64,000 bases of DNA from Takakia lepidozioides. Taxonomy: Eukaryota; Plantae; Bryophyta. The position numbers and the translations under genes were made by a program. This document shows, in pieces, positions 1 to 14,300 of the stretch. Location: contig CM060732.1 of assembly GCA_030704615.1 (NCBI GenBank), forward strand, positions 82,150,001 to 82,214,000. Reading direction: 5' to 3'. Under the pieces are notes generated by a model. The model was not told where the DNA came from. It worked only from the letters and a program-made list of their open reading frames with translations, and searched no databases. Numbering within the stretch: position 1 is the stretch's first letter; every line of letters starts with the position of its first letter.

Positions 1-1120
1 CAAACGGATGTCGTAGTATACAGGGCAAGTAGTAGAAGAAGAAGTGTTCTTCAGTTTCAATTTCCTTGCTGCGCCCTATGCAAGCTGGACATAGGCGGTC
101 CTCCCGTTGCAGGTTTTCCCATCTGCCAGTCTCTATCCGTAGGTTGTGGGAACCCACCCTGAACCGCCCCAATGCCCTCAAGAGGGAAGGAGGTAAGGGT
201 GCTGAAAGGTAATTTGGTCTGAAGATTCTATCATCGCGGAGCACCAAGAATGTCTCTCGATAGAAGTGGAGCTTTGTTGTGAGATTGGGTAGCATCCAAG
301 TTCTCTTGACATGTAATTCCATAAGCTCTCTCCGAATGAGTCTGTTGCGGTCATGTCTGGATGTGATGTCCACCTCATGTGGGTTCATTGGTAATAGAAA
401 GCAGTAGAAAGTCCGTTACGTTTCAATAAACTGTCCACTCGAGCATACCAGGAGTTCCCGAAACCTGCAGCTTTGAGCCTCATAGATGTTGTGAGGGCCC
501 TTGCCACTAGCCCTTTGGGTGGAAGGGCCTGCAATCTATGGAGAAAGATTGTAAGCCTGAACTGTGCCTCGGATTGCAATGGTACACATGCGAACGCTGC
601 ACCTAGGATCTGAGATGGAGTTGTGCTTCTGGCGCCAAGCATTGCTTGGAGAAAAGATGACTGTAATGGTTCCAAATTCTTTTCCCACCAGGAGATAGGG
701 ACACCAGGTGCCCAAAACTCACAACCATTGATGGTAGCAGGGCTGACGACGGTGTCAAACAACCACTTTTTGGTCGGGGGATGCCGCAGATGTATTTGCT
801 TGCATTTGGCGTGAAGGCGGACGGAGGCCGCCTTACCTTTAGTCAATCTGTCCAAGGCAGTGGCTGCAAAGTGAAACTTGGGGGAGTGGATAACCAGACC
901 TAGGTACCGGTATGATTTGACAATCTCAATTTCCTGCTGGTTGAAGATGAATCTATGACCAGCCTGGCCATTGAAGACCATGATCTTGGTCTTGCTAAGA
1001 TTGACTTGCATCCCATAGTCTTTGCAGAACTGTTCCAAAATTTTGATATGGCGTTGCAGAAAGACCGGGGATTGTGCCAAAAGGGCAACATCATCAGCGT
1101 AGAGGAGATCTGATTGGGCA
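1..1120 (-). mobile_element. 5'-truncated non-LTR retrotransposon (LINE, RTEX/CR1-like): RT C-terminal half plus C-terminal Zn-finger
   Basis: ORF 385-1374 contains LLYADDVALL...GMQVNLSKTKIMVF...YRYLG (RT domains 5-7). The reverse complement of 1-150 reads RIETGRWENLQREDRLCPAC...ETEEHFFF, the typical LINE C-terminal CCHC-like motif. Frameshifted. Confidence 0.85.
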
Positions 1121-1995
1121 GAAAATGAAGTTAGGCAGAAAACATCCCTGAACATGTTTTCAATTTGTGTCATGGGGGAGGACATCGTGGAAAAACCTTT
1201 AGGTCTACCACTGTGTGCAGAGGGACTAGTTTTTAGGTCAAGGAAATGTTGCTTTGTCACGTCATTGCACCTGCGTTGGAGTACGCATTTGCTATATGCG
1301 TTGATAACTCCAACGAGGCTAGGTCTGCAATATCCTTTCAATTGAATTGTGTCTGCACCTGTGTTTACCAACATTGAGAGTCTTTAGGCCTTTTGGGGCT
1401 CCGTTGCTGGGCTCCGCCATACAGCCATTTGCTGATTGTGTGAATAGATGTCCACTGGATATGTGCAAAACCCGAATGGATGTTCTGTTTCCTGGTAAGT
1501 TTCATGCGGTACTGATGTGAACCCGCCCACATTCTGTTTCTTCACCAATGAATGGGCTTACATGTTATGAGGACATTCTGTCCCTCTCCTTTTCAGTTTT
1601 TGGCACTTTGCGCTGCAGGGGAGTGGGTTTGAGGTCAGCCAATCCATAGTTGTGGTTGTGGGATGGTTTGTGCTCTGTGACTTGTGTTCAGTAGGACTAC
1701 ACAGCTGATGCACCTTGTGTGTGGGATGTTTTTGGCAGCGGAAGGGGAGTGAAGCTGCAGCAAAGCACTCACAGCCACCACACAATGCCAACCAACACCA
1801 ACCTTGGCATCCACCCCAAGTTATGAGAATAAGGGAATGGATGCCTAGAGCAATCGTTATTATTTTCTACTTCATCTGCCATGCACGACATAAACAAGTA
1901 AGTTACCAACATTATTCCCGTTCCAGTCTGCGTTTCCACAATTTGAAATCATCTTATGAGTTGAAGGTTTTTCCAGGTCCAATGAAACCTCCCAT

Positions 1996-4900
1996 GTGAC
2001 GACCAATCTCTGCCACACACTATTCCGTATCCAGAAGATAGGGTTGATGCCACTGGAGTCATTCACGAACGTGCTCAGTCCTCAGCAGATGAAGAGGTGT
2101 GCTGAAAAGAAGACAAGCACATGGTACAGCCTGACAAGGGAGGCTTTTCTTGACTACATGTACATGGTAAGCTTGTTGACATCTGTTTGTTTGTTGTTAG
2201 TGTAAATTTTATCAAGAAACGCCAGTGTTTGATTCTTTTTCCCTGTAATGTATGCAGCAAGAAATAGCAGAAATTGGTTTGAAGGCGAAAGCAAAGTACT
2301 ATGCTTCCCACACAGAAGAGCAGAGGTCTGCAACTGGGCTTGAGGACATTATGAGATTCGAGATGAACAATCAAAGGATGAACCTCATGAGTGCATTTGA
2401 CAAACAAATCCGCATAGCAGATCCAAGTCTTGGCACGGAATTTCTGGAGCAGGTGAAAGCACATTATGACAAGTATGGCTCCAAGCCAAAAATGACCCAA
2501 GAGAAACTGTATCACCTTTCCATTTCAATGGTGGACAATGCAACCAAAATCAGGTGGCTGGAGATCTGGAATTCGGATCCACTTGTGAGAGACACCAACA
2601 TGTTCCCAACTCATGAGAGGAACTCGAAGACACAAGCAATAAAAGTTGTTAGCGACCACACATTTGACCAGTGGCTACACAAAGCAACCTTCTGGAGCCA
2701 GGTAAGGTTTCCACAAAACCATTTTCCAATGATTGTGCACATTCGTACTCTCTCCCAAATTCTGATGATCTTTCTTGCTGCTGTTGGAAAAACGAGCGGT
2801 GGCTGCATTTGGGGAGTCAATGGCAGACTACAAAATCCAGATGGCTTGCCCCCGGATCACACTGGAGGCTTATATAGGAGATGGAAGCTCGCTGTCTGGA
2901 AATACTGCTTCTTCAGGGAGTTTGAGAGAGACAAAGGAATCTCCAGGTCCTACGAATTCAAAAACCAGTACAACAGCGAGCAAGCAATGAAACGAGTGTT
3001 GTACAGGTGTGACCTCCAAGAAACAAATCTGGTACTAGATGTGTATGTTTCTGTATTCATGTGTCGTCTTTTCCATGTAGAATTGCGAATTTGAAGGTTT
3101 TGAGGGAGCTCTGAGGGCTCTGGACGTGCAGCCGAGCAACATTGCGGTAACGCAAGCTAGTATCCCGTTGTTTTGGTTTCACTTTCCTGTACCTGGGGTA
3201 TCCAATGATGTCGTTTTTTGCATGTGAAAGGGCAAAAACTGACAGGCAAATCAACCTTGCGTCAACGCAAGGTTGATGAAGGGCCAGGCTATGTAGGTTT
3301 TCATGTGTTCTTGGGCTGTTGTTTGCTGTCGTTTCCAGTTCTAATGCTGCCATGATTCTTGGGCTGTCTGTTTGGAGTCTGTTTGAAATGCTGTTTAGAG
3401 CTTACACTGTACCAACAAACAGCCTTGCGTTGACGCAACGTTGTTTGACGGTATGGATTGCTAGAAATGTCCCGCAGAAAATACCCCGATTTCCATACAA
3501 TTGTAGGAAAGTTAAGGTTATCAAATACCATGGACAGGTGTTTCAGTAGAGGAATTCAACCTTGCGTCAACGCAAGGTTGAATCTCCATACCAGCAGATC
3601 TTCGGATGCTTGTTTTCAAGCACTGTTTTCCATTTCCTCTGTTAATGAAAACAACCTTGTGTTGACGCAATGTTGAATTCCGCTTGTCAATCACTGTCTC
3701 TTCAATGCAACATTATCATATGTGTATCCGCCAATTCTACTTTGCGTCAACGCAAGGTTGATTGGGGATTCCATGTTGTGCATGCGATGGTTTAGGATAA
3801 TGGGCTTTCCCTCTCGTAAGTGCTCGTTGAAAGTACAGTTCTCCACATTTGGTATTTTCCATTTCAGCTCGAATCAACATTTCGTCAACGCAAGGTTGAT
3901 TCGGGCTGGCAAAAGTTAGTTTCTCAGTGTTACTGACCTGCATTCCAATACCCTTTTCGTGATGTGTGATCTGTGTCCTGTTCAGATCGAATGACTGTCT
4001 GGATTTTGGGTGTGTGTGATTTAGGTACATGTATCATGTCCTCATACCGGGAAAGTACCTTAGCGATGACCCAGACTTCATCTACTCATGGGCTGACCCC
4101 TCCAATGACAAGACAATGTACACGGCTGGTATTGCCAGAGACTGGAGCAGGGCGCACTTCAGAGACTGTGGGTAGTACCTCGATCTGCCAAAACAGGGAC
4201 ACACCATTCGATGAAGTTGTTTGAGAAACCTTAATGACAACGTCGCGGCACTTGCCCAGCTGGCTGACAAAGACATTGAGGACATAATCATTGCTGCTCT
4301 GGCTGCAAAAGAGCCTGAGAGATCTGCTACTCCAAAACGGAAGGGGAAGATTGCCGGGGATCCGAAGGGAAGGGAAGAGTGCAGCCCGCAGGAACAGGGC
4401 CCGTCAGAGGTCGTTGAAAGACAACCTTCTCCAACTAGGAGGGATAGGAGAACAACAAAGTCGAGGGAGCAGCCTTTCGAGGCGAGAGAACATCCATCCA
4501 GGGTTTTGGGCCAATTCCATCGTAAGGTGGTGAATGAAAGTTTTTCTGGCAATGATGGAATCCAGGAAGTCCACATTCAAAGGGGTACCCTCGAAATCAT
4601 GGGACATGCTTGTTTCGTTCCTCACTCAGGTAAGCACATATGTCTTAACTGTGGTATGAATAATTTTGTTTTGGCAACTCATTCTGGCTTGTCAACGGGA
4701 TTGATTTCGTGTTGGATTTGGATTGGGCTTGTGACACTGTCTCTTGTTTTTTTGCTGTAGGTCACAAAAAGGCCAGATTGGGTGAATGGAGTTCAGCAGG
4801 CATACGCGACTGACCTTGTGGTGCTGGACATTCCTGACGGTTTTCCTGTCCCTGATGTGTTGTTGCCTTCCAATTCAACCCCCACTTGGAACAAATCGGA

Positions 4901-5040
4901 TTCTCATTACTAGCAGTGGGCTTTCTCATTCAGCAACAAATTCCTTTCTGACTCGGGGGCTCTTCTTCTCATGCAGTCAAACACTACAACAAATTGCGGC
5001 TTTTACGTCTCTGTGTTATGACTGCAAATGCAGTCATGGA
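1996..5040 (+). pseudogene. Degenerate intron-containing transposon accessory gene; its last exon resembles the N-terminal half of an N6/N4 (amino) DNA methyltransferase fold
   Basis: Exon-like ORFs 2252-3094 and 4221-4630 have GTAAG donors (~2167, ~2702, ~4630). After the acceptor at 4760 one frame reads TDLVVLDIPDGFPVP...TWNKSDSHY*QWAFSFSNKFLSDSGALLLM. Contains stops and frameshifts. Confidence 0.45.
3252..3902. repeat. Cluster of ~6 copies of the 24-bp near-perfect palindrome CAACCTTGCGT-NN-ACGCAAGGTTG
   Basis: Copies at ~3252, 3420, 3557, 3652, 3737 and 3875, several with extended flanking inverted repeats. Confidence 0.9.
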
Positions 5041-6325
5041 AGCCATTTACGACTTCCTGACTCTGCAGACGTAAAGACCTAGTCAGTTGTGACATGGCAG
5101 ATATGACTCTCCAGGCTGGCTGTCACGTGGCGCCAGAGCAGCTGGGGGTAGTCATACACGCTGGCTTTACTGAATGACTGAACGGACAGTGTAGTCCATG
5201 TCAGCGGCTGTGCAAGAGTGGCACTTGCTCGATGCAGGAAATGACACGTGGCAGAGTGTTTAGCTCTCCATGACTGCGAACTATGACTACGGGTGTGCTA
5301 ATCCGGTTGCAACACGTGGCGTTTCAGTTTTTACACGTGGTCCATCAGCAGATTGACATGTATCATGATGGGTTTTGGGGTGTATTGCTATTTTTTTTAC
5401 ATATTTGTATTTCTGCCACGTGGTGTAGTACTATTGGAGAGTGAAAATAGATGTAGTCATTATTATGACTATGATAGCAGTCATGTACATGTCTATTACA
5501 ACAATGAAATATAATATATAATACAAAGAGAACAAGGCAGCAAGACATAACTGCAAAAAGCTGAGCAAAACCAAGAGATTGCATACCATCTCTATTTACC
5601 AATCTATTTATCATTATCATTTTGTTGCGATCTAAAAATACATTAAATAGTCGCATGTTCTCATGTGAATTATTTTGTCTAACTATAACACTTTGAAAAG
5701 TGTTCCCCAGAATCTTCTAACTACTCATGTATTCCATCAATCTGCAACCCATCAAAAACGGCTTGCATGGCTTTAAGAATTACTACAGCAAGGACATTTG
5801 TTTGTTTTCCAAGTTCTTGCATAAGATGCACCAACCAATATTGCATTGTGAGACACTCACTCGCGCTATACTCAAGGCGTCCAGGGAAGGTCATTGAGCA
5901 ACCTGCCAAGGCGGAAACAATTAAAGAGATTATCTAATACCATATATGAAAAACCAATGCCAGTGTTGTTTATGGTAACTTCTATCCCATGTCCTAAACA
6001 AACCAAAGCAAAAAGGTTGGTGTGTATTGGCGAAGTCGTCAGATACTTCACAAAGAAACATGCACTAAAAATGAAACCCAGGATGATAGGAAGGTCACTC
6101 ACGTTTATACAAAGACATCTTGCCCATTGCCCAGCACCCCGCGTCACCCACACTCTATCTCTATTCCTTCAGCTATCCTGCCTCTGCACAAATCAAGCAT
6201 TCATCCTTGCCTTGCTGCTAGCAGCTGACAATGACAGCCTACATCTGTTCTAGGAAACACCCAACTCAGCGTAGCACACTGCACGGGACTTCGGATGCTG
6301 GGAGTGAACAGAAGAGGCATCAAAA

Positions 6326-6830
6326 TCAGCCTCGCGTAAACACAAGGTTGATTCGAGTGCTGCATCTGCTTCGTTTCACCTTCATAAACATACACTTTGG
6401 AGGTCGACATCAACCTTGCGTTGACGCAAGGTTGATGTCGAGCTCTCAGATTGGTGTTCAACAAACAAAAAAACCAAATGGAAAAGGAGATTGCAACCTA
6501 TGGTTTCTTGTTGGCACTTGATGATGCATCGGGAGCATTCATCTTTTCCATGGCTGCCAAGCGGATACGGGAGGTGGGAATGAACAAAAAAGGCACACGA
6601 ATCAACCTCGCGTCAACGCAAGGTTGATTCGAGTGCAGCATCTGCACTCGTTTCATGCCCAAAACATCCACTTTGGAGGTCGTTGACGCAAGGTTGATGT
6701 CGACCTCTGTGTTTAGCATGGAACAGACCCAAAAAAAAAAAAAAAAAAAAAAAAAAAGGTTGATAGCCACCTCCGGTTTCTTCTTTACACTTGATGATGC
6801 TCCTGAGGCATTCATCTTTTCCATGAGGTC
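6326..6830. repeat. Same palindrome (3 full copies plus 1 half) within a ~270-bp tandem duplication
   Basis: Copies at ~6326, 6411 and 6603, half copy at 6681. The minus-strand peptide MEKMNA(P/S)..SSS..KKP is encoded twice (~6490-6555 and ~6770-6830). Confidence 0.8.
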
Positions 6831-7221
6831 TGGAGGCAGCATGTTTCCAATGAGGTCCCGGTGGTGCGAAAAAGCGGTAGACGACAGCATTTCCACGTCC
6901 ATCTCTCCTCCTTGCTCTCTCAAGACCTGGTTCTCCACTTGCAGCGCTTCCTCCCGAGCCCAGCTGACTTCCTCATCTTCCCCCCCCTTCTACTGGAGGT
7001 TGCTCTTCGGTCGCCTCCGGGATCACTTCAAGACCTTCCTCTCCAAACTGTGGTTGCAGAATCGGGTTTTGCCCTTCGTCCTCATCTTCGACGGAGGTTT
7101 CTTCTCCCATTCTAAGTTCCCGTCTCACCTTCCTCATCCTCTCCTTAGCGCGTGCCCTTTGCTTGTTTGATGTGAAATAAAGTGTTCTTCGACGCTTTCT
7201 TCTCCCTCGGGATGGGGTCAC
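6498..7221 (-). pseudogene. Acidic low-complexity N-terminal exon(s) of a transposon accessory gene, divergent from the transposase
   Basis: ORFs 6973-7221 and 6498-6938 join across a frameshift into an E-rich peptide; the region is flanked by the element's palindromes. Confidence 0.35.
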
Positions 7222-8652
7222 CGTGTCTGCAGAATCCAGGGTTGCAAGGAGAATAAAGAGAAGTAGGAAAAAAGGGGGCTACGGGAGGTTCACCGCAAGG
7301 CCTTCCACGCCAAGATGATCGCTTGGAACAACCTGTGCCGGTGAATGCAAGGTTGACTCGACCAAACTGGACGTTACCAGCACAATTTTAGATGACTGCA
7401 ATTGATGGTGTCATCAATTGAAACTGAATTAACTCATTAAAACCATCAAATATATATGTCATTGGATTCCTAGCTTCAATACGCACCCATAGCAACTCTC
7501 CAATCATGAATCTGATAAGAAATGACTCCGCTATGGACTTTTGAACACAATCATTGTGGACTGTTACCGCAATGAATGAAATTACAATGGATTCAAGTTC
7601 TCCTATGTGCCATTTGTGAATTCCATTGAAATTTGGAAATAAGGTGGTCATTTTGGTCCACATCATAGGTATGGATTTGAAGTGGCAAAATTATTTGTCA
7701 TTTGACTCATATGTCAAAAAAATAGGCATTTTTTGAAAAGTCCATAGCTCATCTTGTTTTTTGGATTTTGGGTGTAACTGTTTTTCTAGAAGTATAAAAA
7801 CCTATAATCTTCAATGGCTAGGTGTCATATTGAAATGTTTTTGTAAACTCTAATTTTTTGTTTTTCATATTTTCTCTAAATAATAGACTAAAATGTTTAA
7901 TGAATTATATCTTTAATATTTGGGGTAGGACTCTTTACTAAATATGTTCAGTATACCATTATCTATCACTAAACAAATATTTTGGGATAGTATCCTCAAC
8001 TTTTTGTTTTTGGTCATGGACTTTCATGGAGCAAGATCTGCCGTTTTTGGTCCACTCAACCCTGCAACTGCCCGTGCGCCACATGCTCATTCCACACGCA
8101 TGGCGAACACGTGTCCATCTAACCGTTATGAATATCTCCGGAAATCATTTGTTTCTCATCCACCGAAATTCGTTTGGGTCCACCTCTCATCCGAAAAAGT
8201 TTATTATTGGGTAATAGCTTTTGGGATGTTTCAGAGGAATGTGCAGTATGTACAGTTGTACAGCGGTGCAGGTGCCGTTAACATTGAATGGAAATGGGCA
8301 CCTCATCTGGACTCTTTGACATGACAGCCAAATGACGGCTCTGTCAGTCAATCTTGCGGAATTCGTTGTCCAATGCACTGGTGGGGCACCTGTGAAAAAA
8401 CAGTTGGATTCTTTAATTAGGGCTGACATTATTCACTCCGCATTTGGGCACTCTGTGACCATCCACTTGGTTCACATGGGGACACATTTCTTTGATGTGC
8501 CGAACCGCGTTAGGAGACCTGCATGCGGGAGCGACACCTGCAATTGTGTGTAAGGACGTCTTCTATACAGCCAAAAAACTCCGCTCTAGTACAACCTGCA
8601 ATCAGAAGCAACATTGGATTGTGAACTGTTCGTTTTGAAGCAACATTGACAG

Positions 8653-10680
8653 ATGGCCTCCCAGGCCATAGGCTCCCTTGACGCGGACTTCTTCAGTGAG
8701 GACCACCCTGTGCCATTTTCTTACGAGGTGGAAGATGACGGTTTTGCGGTGGTGCATGAACACGTGCTCGCAACGCAGTTTCGGTTGGAAAATGGAACTC
8801 TATTCCTTGAGAGGGAAGTGTACGATGCCAATGGAAAACTGCTCAATGAAGCGTTCCAGAAACCTTCGCATACTGCAACAACCACACAATGGAGAGTGCC
8901 TCCAGGCAGATACAGGGTGCTCAGTGCTCCTCGGAGACAGTATGCAGGATCGTTCCTTACTCCTGGCACGGCAGCATCAGTGGCCCAGAAAAAAACACCC
9001 GTGGTTGTCAAGAAGGAGTCAAGTACCGTTTAACACTGTAGTTGAGCTTTCGGACTCATTCTCCAATGACGCCTGTGAAATACCACCCGTGGATCAGCCA
9101 TGTCCATATCAAGAAGCAGATGTGGAGGAGATCACCGGTGTCATTCCTAAACTGAAAGCCATGGGTGGGATGGCCGGATTCAAGAGTGAGTTGAGGGGGA
9201 TTGACTGGGAGCACTTTCAAATGTTCAGGTGGCATTCTTGCCGGTATCTTTTGATAGTAATACTATTTTCGAGCTACCTCCTCCTGGTCGCGTGGGGGGC
9301 ATTTCCAGTCTCATGGAAGGAATGGACAAAAAGCACGATGGGCACCCTTGGTGCCGCACAAAAACCTCCAATATTCACAACCATGACAACCTCATATTCA
9401 GGCGAACGGTCTATAATGGGCACCTGAAATGCGAGAACATGAAATGCAGACACTTCGCACTGTCAGGTGTGCAAAACCAAAGCGAATGGGATGGTGTCAC
9501 TGAGAATCCATTCAAGCCTGGGGTGACACCACCATACTATAACACTTTTGTGTGCAAGTTCTGTAGGGTACCACCTTGCTGCCTTGCATTGTGTGGCGCC
9601 CAGAATGTACTCTGTGGTGCATCGATTCAAAACCCTGACTAGAGCCTGTGTCCATTTCGGTTTTCACAACCACCCTGTGTCCAAGGGGGATTACAGGGAG
9701 AGCGTTGAGACAATCTCGCGTCTGATAAGGCAAGAGTTGGATACCAATCCAACTTAAACCACATCTGCAATTGCCATGGGGGTGAGCAAGTCCTTTCTAG
9801 AAAGCCGTATTCTGTGTGCATCGGATTCGGTTGGAGGAAAACTGGAGGGACCAGCTTTGGACATTGTTATGGACCATTTCTCAACTTTGACTTCTCCAAA
9901 CATTAGGAATCAGGTGAACGCTTTAAGAATGGGCTCTGGGAGCCGAGGTTATATGGACAATATTATGGATTTGAAGAAAATGAGCATGTACGACTACATC
10001 CAAGACAACGTTTTTCCGGGACAAGGAGCTAGGAAAGTAATCCTGTTCAAAATGTCCACAAAAGGTGAGGACAGCGGACTCAGCCTAGTTAAACGTATGC
10101 AGAAGGGTGGCGATCTTGGCAACTACTTCCTTATGTTCGATCACGTCAAGAGGGTTAAAGACTGGACCACAATGGCATGTCATGTTTACGACCCTGTGTA
10201 CCAGCGTGTCATGACAATTGCAGTGTGTGACATGCAGTCAGAGGACACAAATTCACAGCAGCTCATGTGAGAAGCTCTCATTCGTGTTCCAATGGTCTCC
10301 CATCTCCCAATTTTTTTGGTTTCATGGCCGACAGTGCTCAAGCTAACTTCAACGCTGTCCGCATTGTGTTCGGGACGGGAGATCCAAAAGTGTCAATGCC
10401 TGGAAGAGAATGTACGTGTCTTTTCCATTGGACACAATCCCTGGACAAACACACAAAGGCAGACATCAAGCCAGATATGCAGAGTATGCATCGTCAACTG
10501 TACAAACAGTACAAAGACGCCAAAACTATGGGGGAAGCGAATACATTGTTCCAGACAATTCGTGTATGGTGGTACTCATGTGGAGCGGCATCGGAGGACA
10601 ACATGAGGGCACTGGAAGACTGGTTTGCATTTTGGCACTTCCGTTACCGACAGTGGGGATCGGCCATGACAACGATAAGC
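8653..10680 (+). mobile_element. MULE-like DDE transposase, N-terminal/central part (GCM-like Zn finger plus MULE domain), degenerate
   Basis: DGHPWCRTKTSNI...GHLKCENMKC...CKFC (GCM/WRKY-like); FLMFDHVKRVKDWTTMACHVYD...FMADSAQANFNAVR...CLFHW (MULE D...D and CxxH). Frameshifts and stops are present. Confidence 0.75.
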
Positions 10681-10756
10681 GGTTTGCATTCACCTTCCTT
10701 CGGGTGCTTCGGATATATCTTTCAGGGTCCCATCCTAATATCGGTTTTGTTTCTTT

Positions 10757-11257
10757 TGGCATAGGACTCACCATGGGGGCGGAGACCTCGTGGTGGGAGT
10801 CGTGGGGAGTCTTGGGACTCATCACGGTCCATAGGGGCCGTGGTGAGTGGGCCAAGACTCACCGCGACTCATCACCGGGAGTCGAGGGTTTCGTGGTGGT
10901 TCGCCATAAAATGGCAATGGTGGTTGTGAACCCCGCGGACAGCTACAGAAGTATATATAGGGAGTAGAACCCCGAGAACGGTGCAAGCCCGTTGGTGACC
11001 AAAAACTAGTGAGTAAGCGAGCGAGCCGGAAAGCGACCAAAGAGTGGGGAGCTGTTCCGGACTGCCAACTACCAAGGGAATCCCCTAGTTCCAAATAGGT
11101 GGAGGGTTCTTTGGAAAGCGAAGGGGGACCGTTATGTCCCGGTGAGCATAGCCGAGAGCTCCAAGTTGGCCCGGCGGCCAGGTTGGGAGTCAGGCGCGCG
11201 CATCAAAGCGAGTAACTATGACTTGAAGGGGAGCTTACCGAAGTGAGGTGCGCGACA
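10757..11257 (+). repeat. 5' LTR (possibly a 5'-truncated remnant)
   Basis: Begins TGGCATAGGACTC and ends GGTGCGCGACA, just before the PBS; TATATATA at ~10952. Confidence 0.85.
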
Positions 11258-11259
11258 CT

Positions 11260-11271
11260 TGGTATCAGAGC
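11260..11271 (+). promoter_or_regulatory. Primer binding site complementary to initiator tRNA-Met
   Basis: TGGTATCAGAGC, 2 nt after the LTR-terminal CA. Confidence 0.95.
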
Positions 11272-11311
11272 TTAGAGTTCAGTACGCGATCGTCCTTGGG
11301 ATTGGCCTCAT

Positions 11312-14300
11312 CATGGGGTCGGGCAAGCCGAAGCGAAAGCGGAACGGCCCAAAAGATGATGATCCCGGTGAGCCCGATGGGGGCGACGTGTCACCGAGGC
11401 GGCCGTTTGAGGAAGCGATGCATGTTTCCAAAACGAGGCCGCCAAGAGCGGGAGGAATCCGAGGAGTCGGAGCCCGAGGAATCCTTGAGAGCTCCGACAA
11501 ACCAAGAGATGCCTCCCATGCCGGCAGCCTTTTGGGAAGGGTTGTTGGCGCAGTTTGGCGGGACGTTGAAAGACGTGTTGAAGGCGGCTAATGCCACTTC
11601 CACTAAGGCAAAGTTTAAGGTGAAGCCTAAGGAACCCGACCTTCGAGGGCGTCCAAAATCGGAAGGCACTCAACACCTGGCTCTTGGAGCTAGAGCAGTA
11701 CTTTCGGGCGGCCAAGTTGAGTGACGAGGATCGGGTGGAAGTGGCTCCCACCTATTTGAGGGGCTATGCTCAACAATGGTGGCAGAAACGCCTTCACGAC
11801 CGAGGTCCAAGCCCGGAAACCTTGAACTGGAGTGGGTTCAAGGAATTGATGAAGAGACAGTTTGTGCCCTCAACGCGTCCTGGCTTGCCCGGACAAGATG
11901 AGGAATTTGAAGCAAACAGATGACATTCGGGGGTATGTCCAGGCTTTCAATGTGCTGTTGCTCGAAGTCGCGGACATGGCAGAACCAGAAATGGTCTTCA
12001 ACTTTGTGGCGGGACTGGCCCATGGGCCAGGCGGAAGTTGGAGGAGAAGCCACCTAAGACTTTGAACGAGGCAATTGAGAGGGCTGAATGTTTCTCGGAT
12101 GTCCCTAGGGGTGAGAGACAAGGCCGTACGGAGCTGAACCACAAGAAGACCCGGCGGGAAGGTGACTCCTTCCGACCGGAAAAGAAGTGGGATAGGCCAC
12201 GCGGCGACAATGGCACGTGGAAATCGAAGGGAGGGCCTTCACACGTCAAGGCGGCACCCGGTGCTTCGAAAGGAAAAGCGGGTGGAGCGGCTATGGCGGA
12301 CAGAAGGCGACCTTTGATGGAGTGTGTTTTCAATTGCGGGGAGCCCGGGCACATGGCCAAGAAGTGCACGAAGCCCCGACAATTGAACATGACTCGGGCG
12401 AACCACGGAGCTGTCGGAAGATACCATCAGTCGCTTGGTGGAAGCGGTGGTCGCCAGGACTTGCAAGGTAGGCAAATTTTCTTGTGAGTTGTATCAGGAA
12501 ACTGGCGCCTTACGAAAAGGAGTCAGTTATTGTTCGTGGATGGGATAATATCCGGAACTAATGTGTCGTTGTTGGTGGACACAGGAGCGTCGCACTCCTT
12601 CATGACACCGGCAACGGCACAAAAGCTGGGACTCCCGACAAGTGACGTGGGGCCTCTATTGAGGTGCGTTCTGCCAAAGGAGAACCACAGTTGGCGACAA
12701 GGTTGGCGTTTGATGTTCCTCTTCAACTGGGGAGTTGGGAGGGACGTGAGAACTTCACCATCTGCGAGATCGATGGAGTGATCTCATTTTGGGGATGACC
12801 TTTTTGAGCAAATCCGGAGCGGTCATAGATGGCCGCAAGAGAGTAGTCACGCTGCCATGTGGGAATGGTGGCGAGGTCTTTACGAGTGTCGAAAACGCCC
12901 AAATCCCGTGGGAGGGCGAATAAACCTTCTGTCAGCAAGGGAGTGGGCCGTGGAGGAGGCACACGAGCCCCAGTTTTTGCTTTACATTAGAGAAGTGAAG
13001 GGAGAAGGCGATGGGGAGCCGAGCCCAGATTGGATCAAGGGGATTTTGGAGAAATACCAAGATGTGATGCCGGAGGATTTACCAAGCGGCTTGCCACCCG
13101 CGAAGAGGAGTTGACCACAAGATTGAGGTGATACCGGGATCGGAACCGCCTGCCAAGGCGCCCTACACGGTTGAGCCACAGAGAGTTGGTCGAGCTGAAG
13201 ACTCAGCTCAAGGATCTAATGTCAAAGGGGTACATCCGGCCGAGTAAGTCACCTTACGGAGCCCCGGTGCTATTCGCAGACAAAAAGGATGGGACGCTGC
13301 GGATGTGTGTCGATTACAGGGCTTTGAATAAGGTGACTATAAAAACCGGTACCCTTTGCCAAGGATCGACGACCTCTTTCGATCGGTTGGGGAGCGAAGT
13401 ATTTCAGCCGGATCGACTTGCGCTCCGGCTATCATCAAATTCGGGTGGCGGAAGGAGATGAGGAGAAGACCGCGTGCAGGACAAGGTATGGTTCATATGA
13501 GTTCTTGTGATGCCTTGGGCTCACCAATGCACCGGCGACCTTTAGCACGCTGATGAACAGCCTTTTTCAGGAGTGGTTGGATGACTTTGTGATCGTGTAC
13601 ATCGACGACATCTTGGTGTACTCGAAAACAAAGGAGGAGCACCTGGAGCACCTCAAAAGGGTGTTCCAAAATTGCGAGAAGGGAAGCTGTATGCCAAAGC
13701 TTCAAAGTGCGAATTCGGGGTCACGAAAGTGGAGTTCTTGGGCATGTGATTACACAGGATGGGATCAAAATGGATGACAGAAAGGTGAGGGCGATCTTGG
13801 ACTGGGAGCCTCCGACTTCGGTCCCGGGAGTGCGATCCTTCCTAGGACTCGCCTCCTATTACCGAGAAGTATGTGAGAAATTTCGCCAAGATCGCAGGGC
13901 CGCTGTCGACCTTCTGTGTAAATCTAAAGTCTGGGCATGGAACACCTTTTGTGGCCAAGCTTTTGCTGAATTGAAGCAGCGGATGGCGGAAGCTCCAGTC
14001 TTGAAAATCCCGGAGTTCGATCGTCCATTCGAGATACATACAGATGCGTCGGACTTCGCGATTGGGGGTGTACTGATGCAAGATGGACGTCCAGTGGCTT
14101 ACGAAAGTAAGAAATTGAATGAAGTGGAGCGACGGTGGCCGACGCACGAGAAAGAGATGAAGGCGGTGGTGCACTGTCTTGAGCTTTGGCACCACTATGT
14201 TGGTTCCAACCCAGTGAAGGTGTTCACGGACAATTCAGTCACGGTGAAGTATTTTGCCACGCAGCCCAAGTTGTCCCCAAAACAACTTAGGTGGCAAGAT

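Noticed and set aside
1120-1800. Upstream part of ORF 385-1374 as LINE sequence
   Set aside because: RT domains 1-4 are absent; the region looks like unrelated decayed coding sequence fused in frame by chance.
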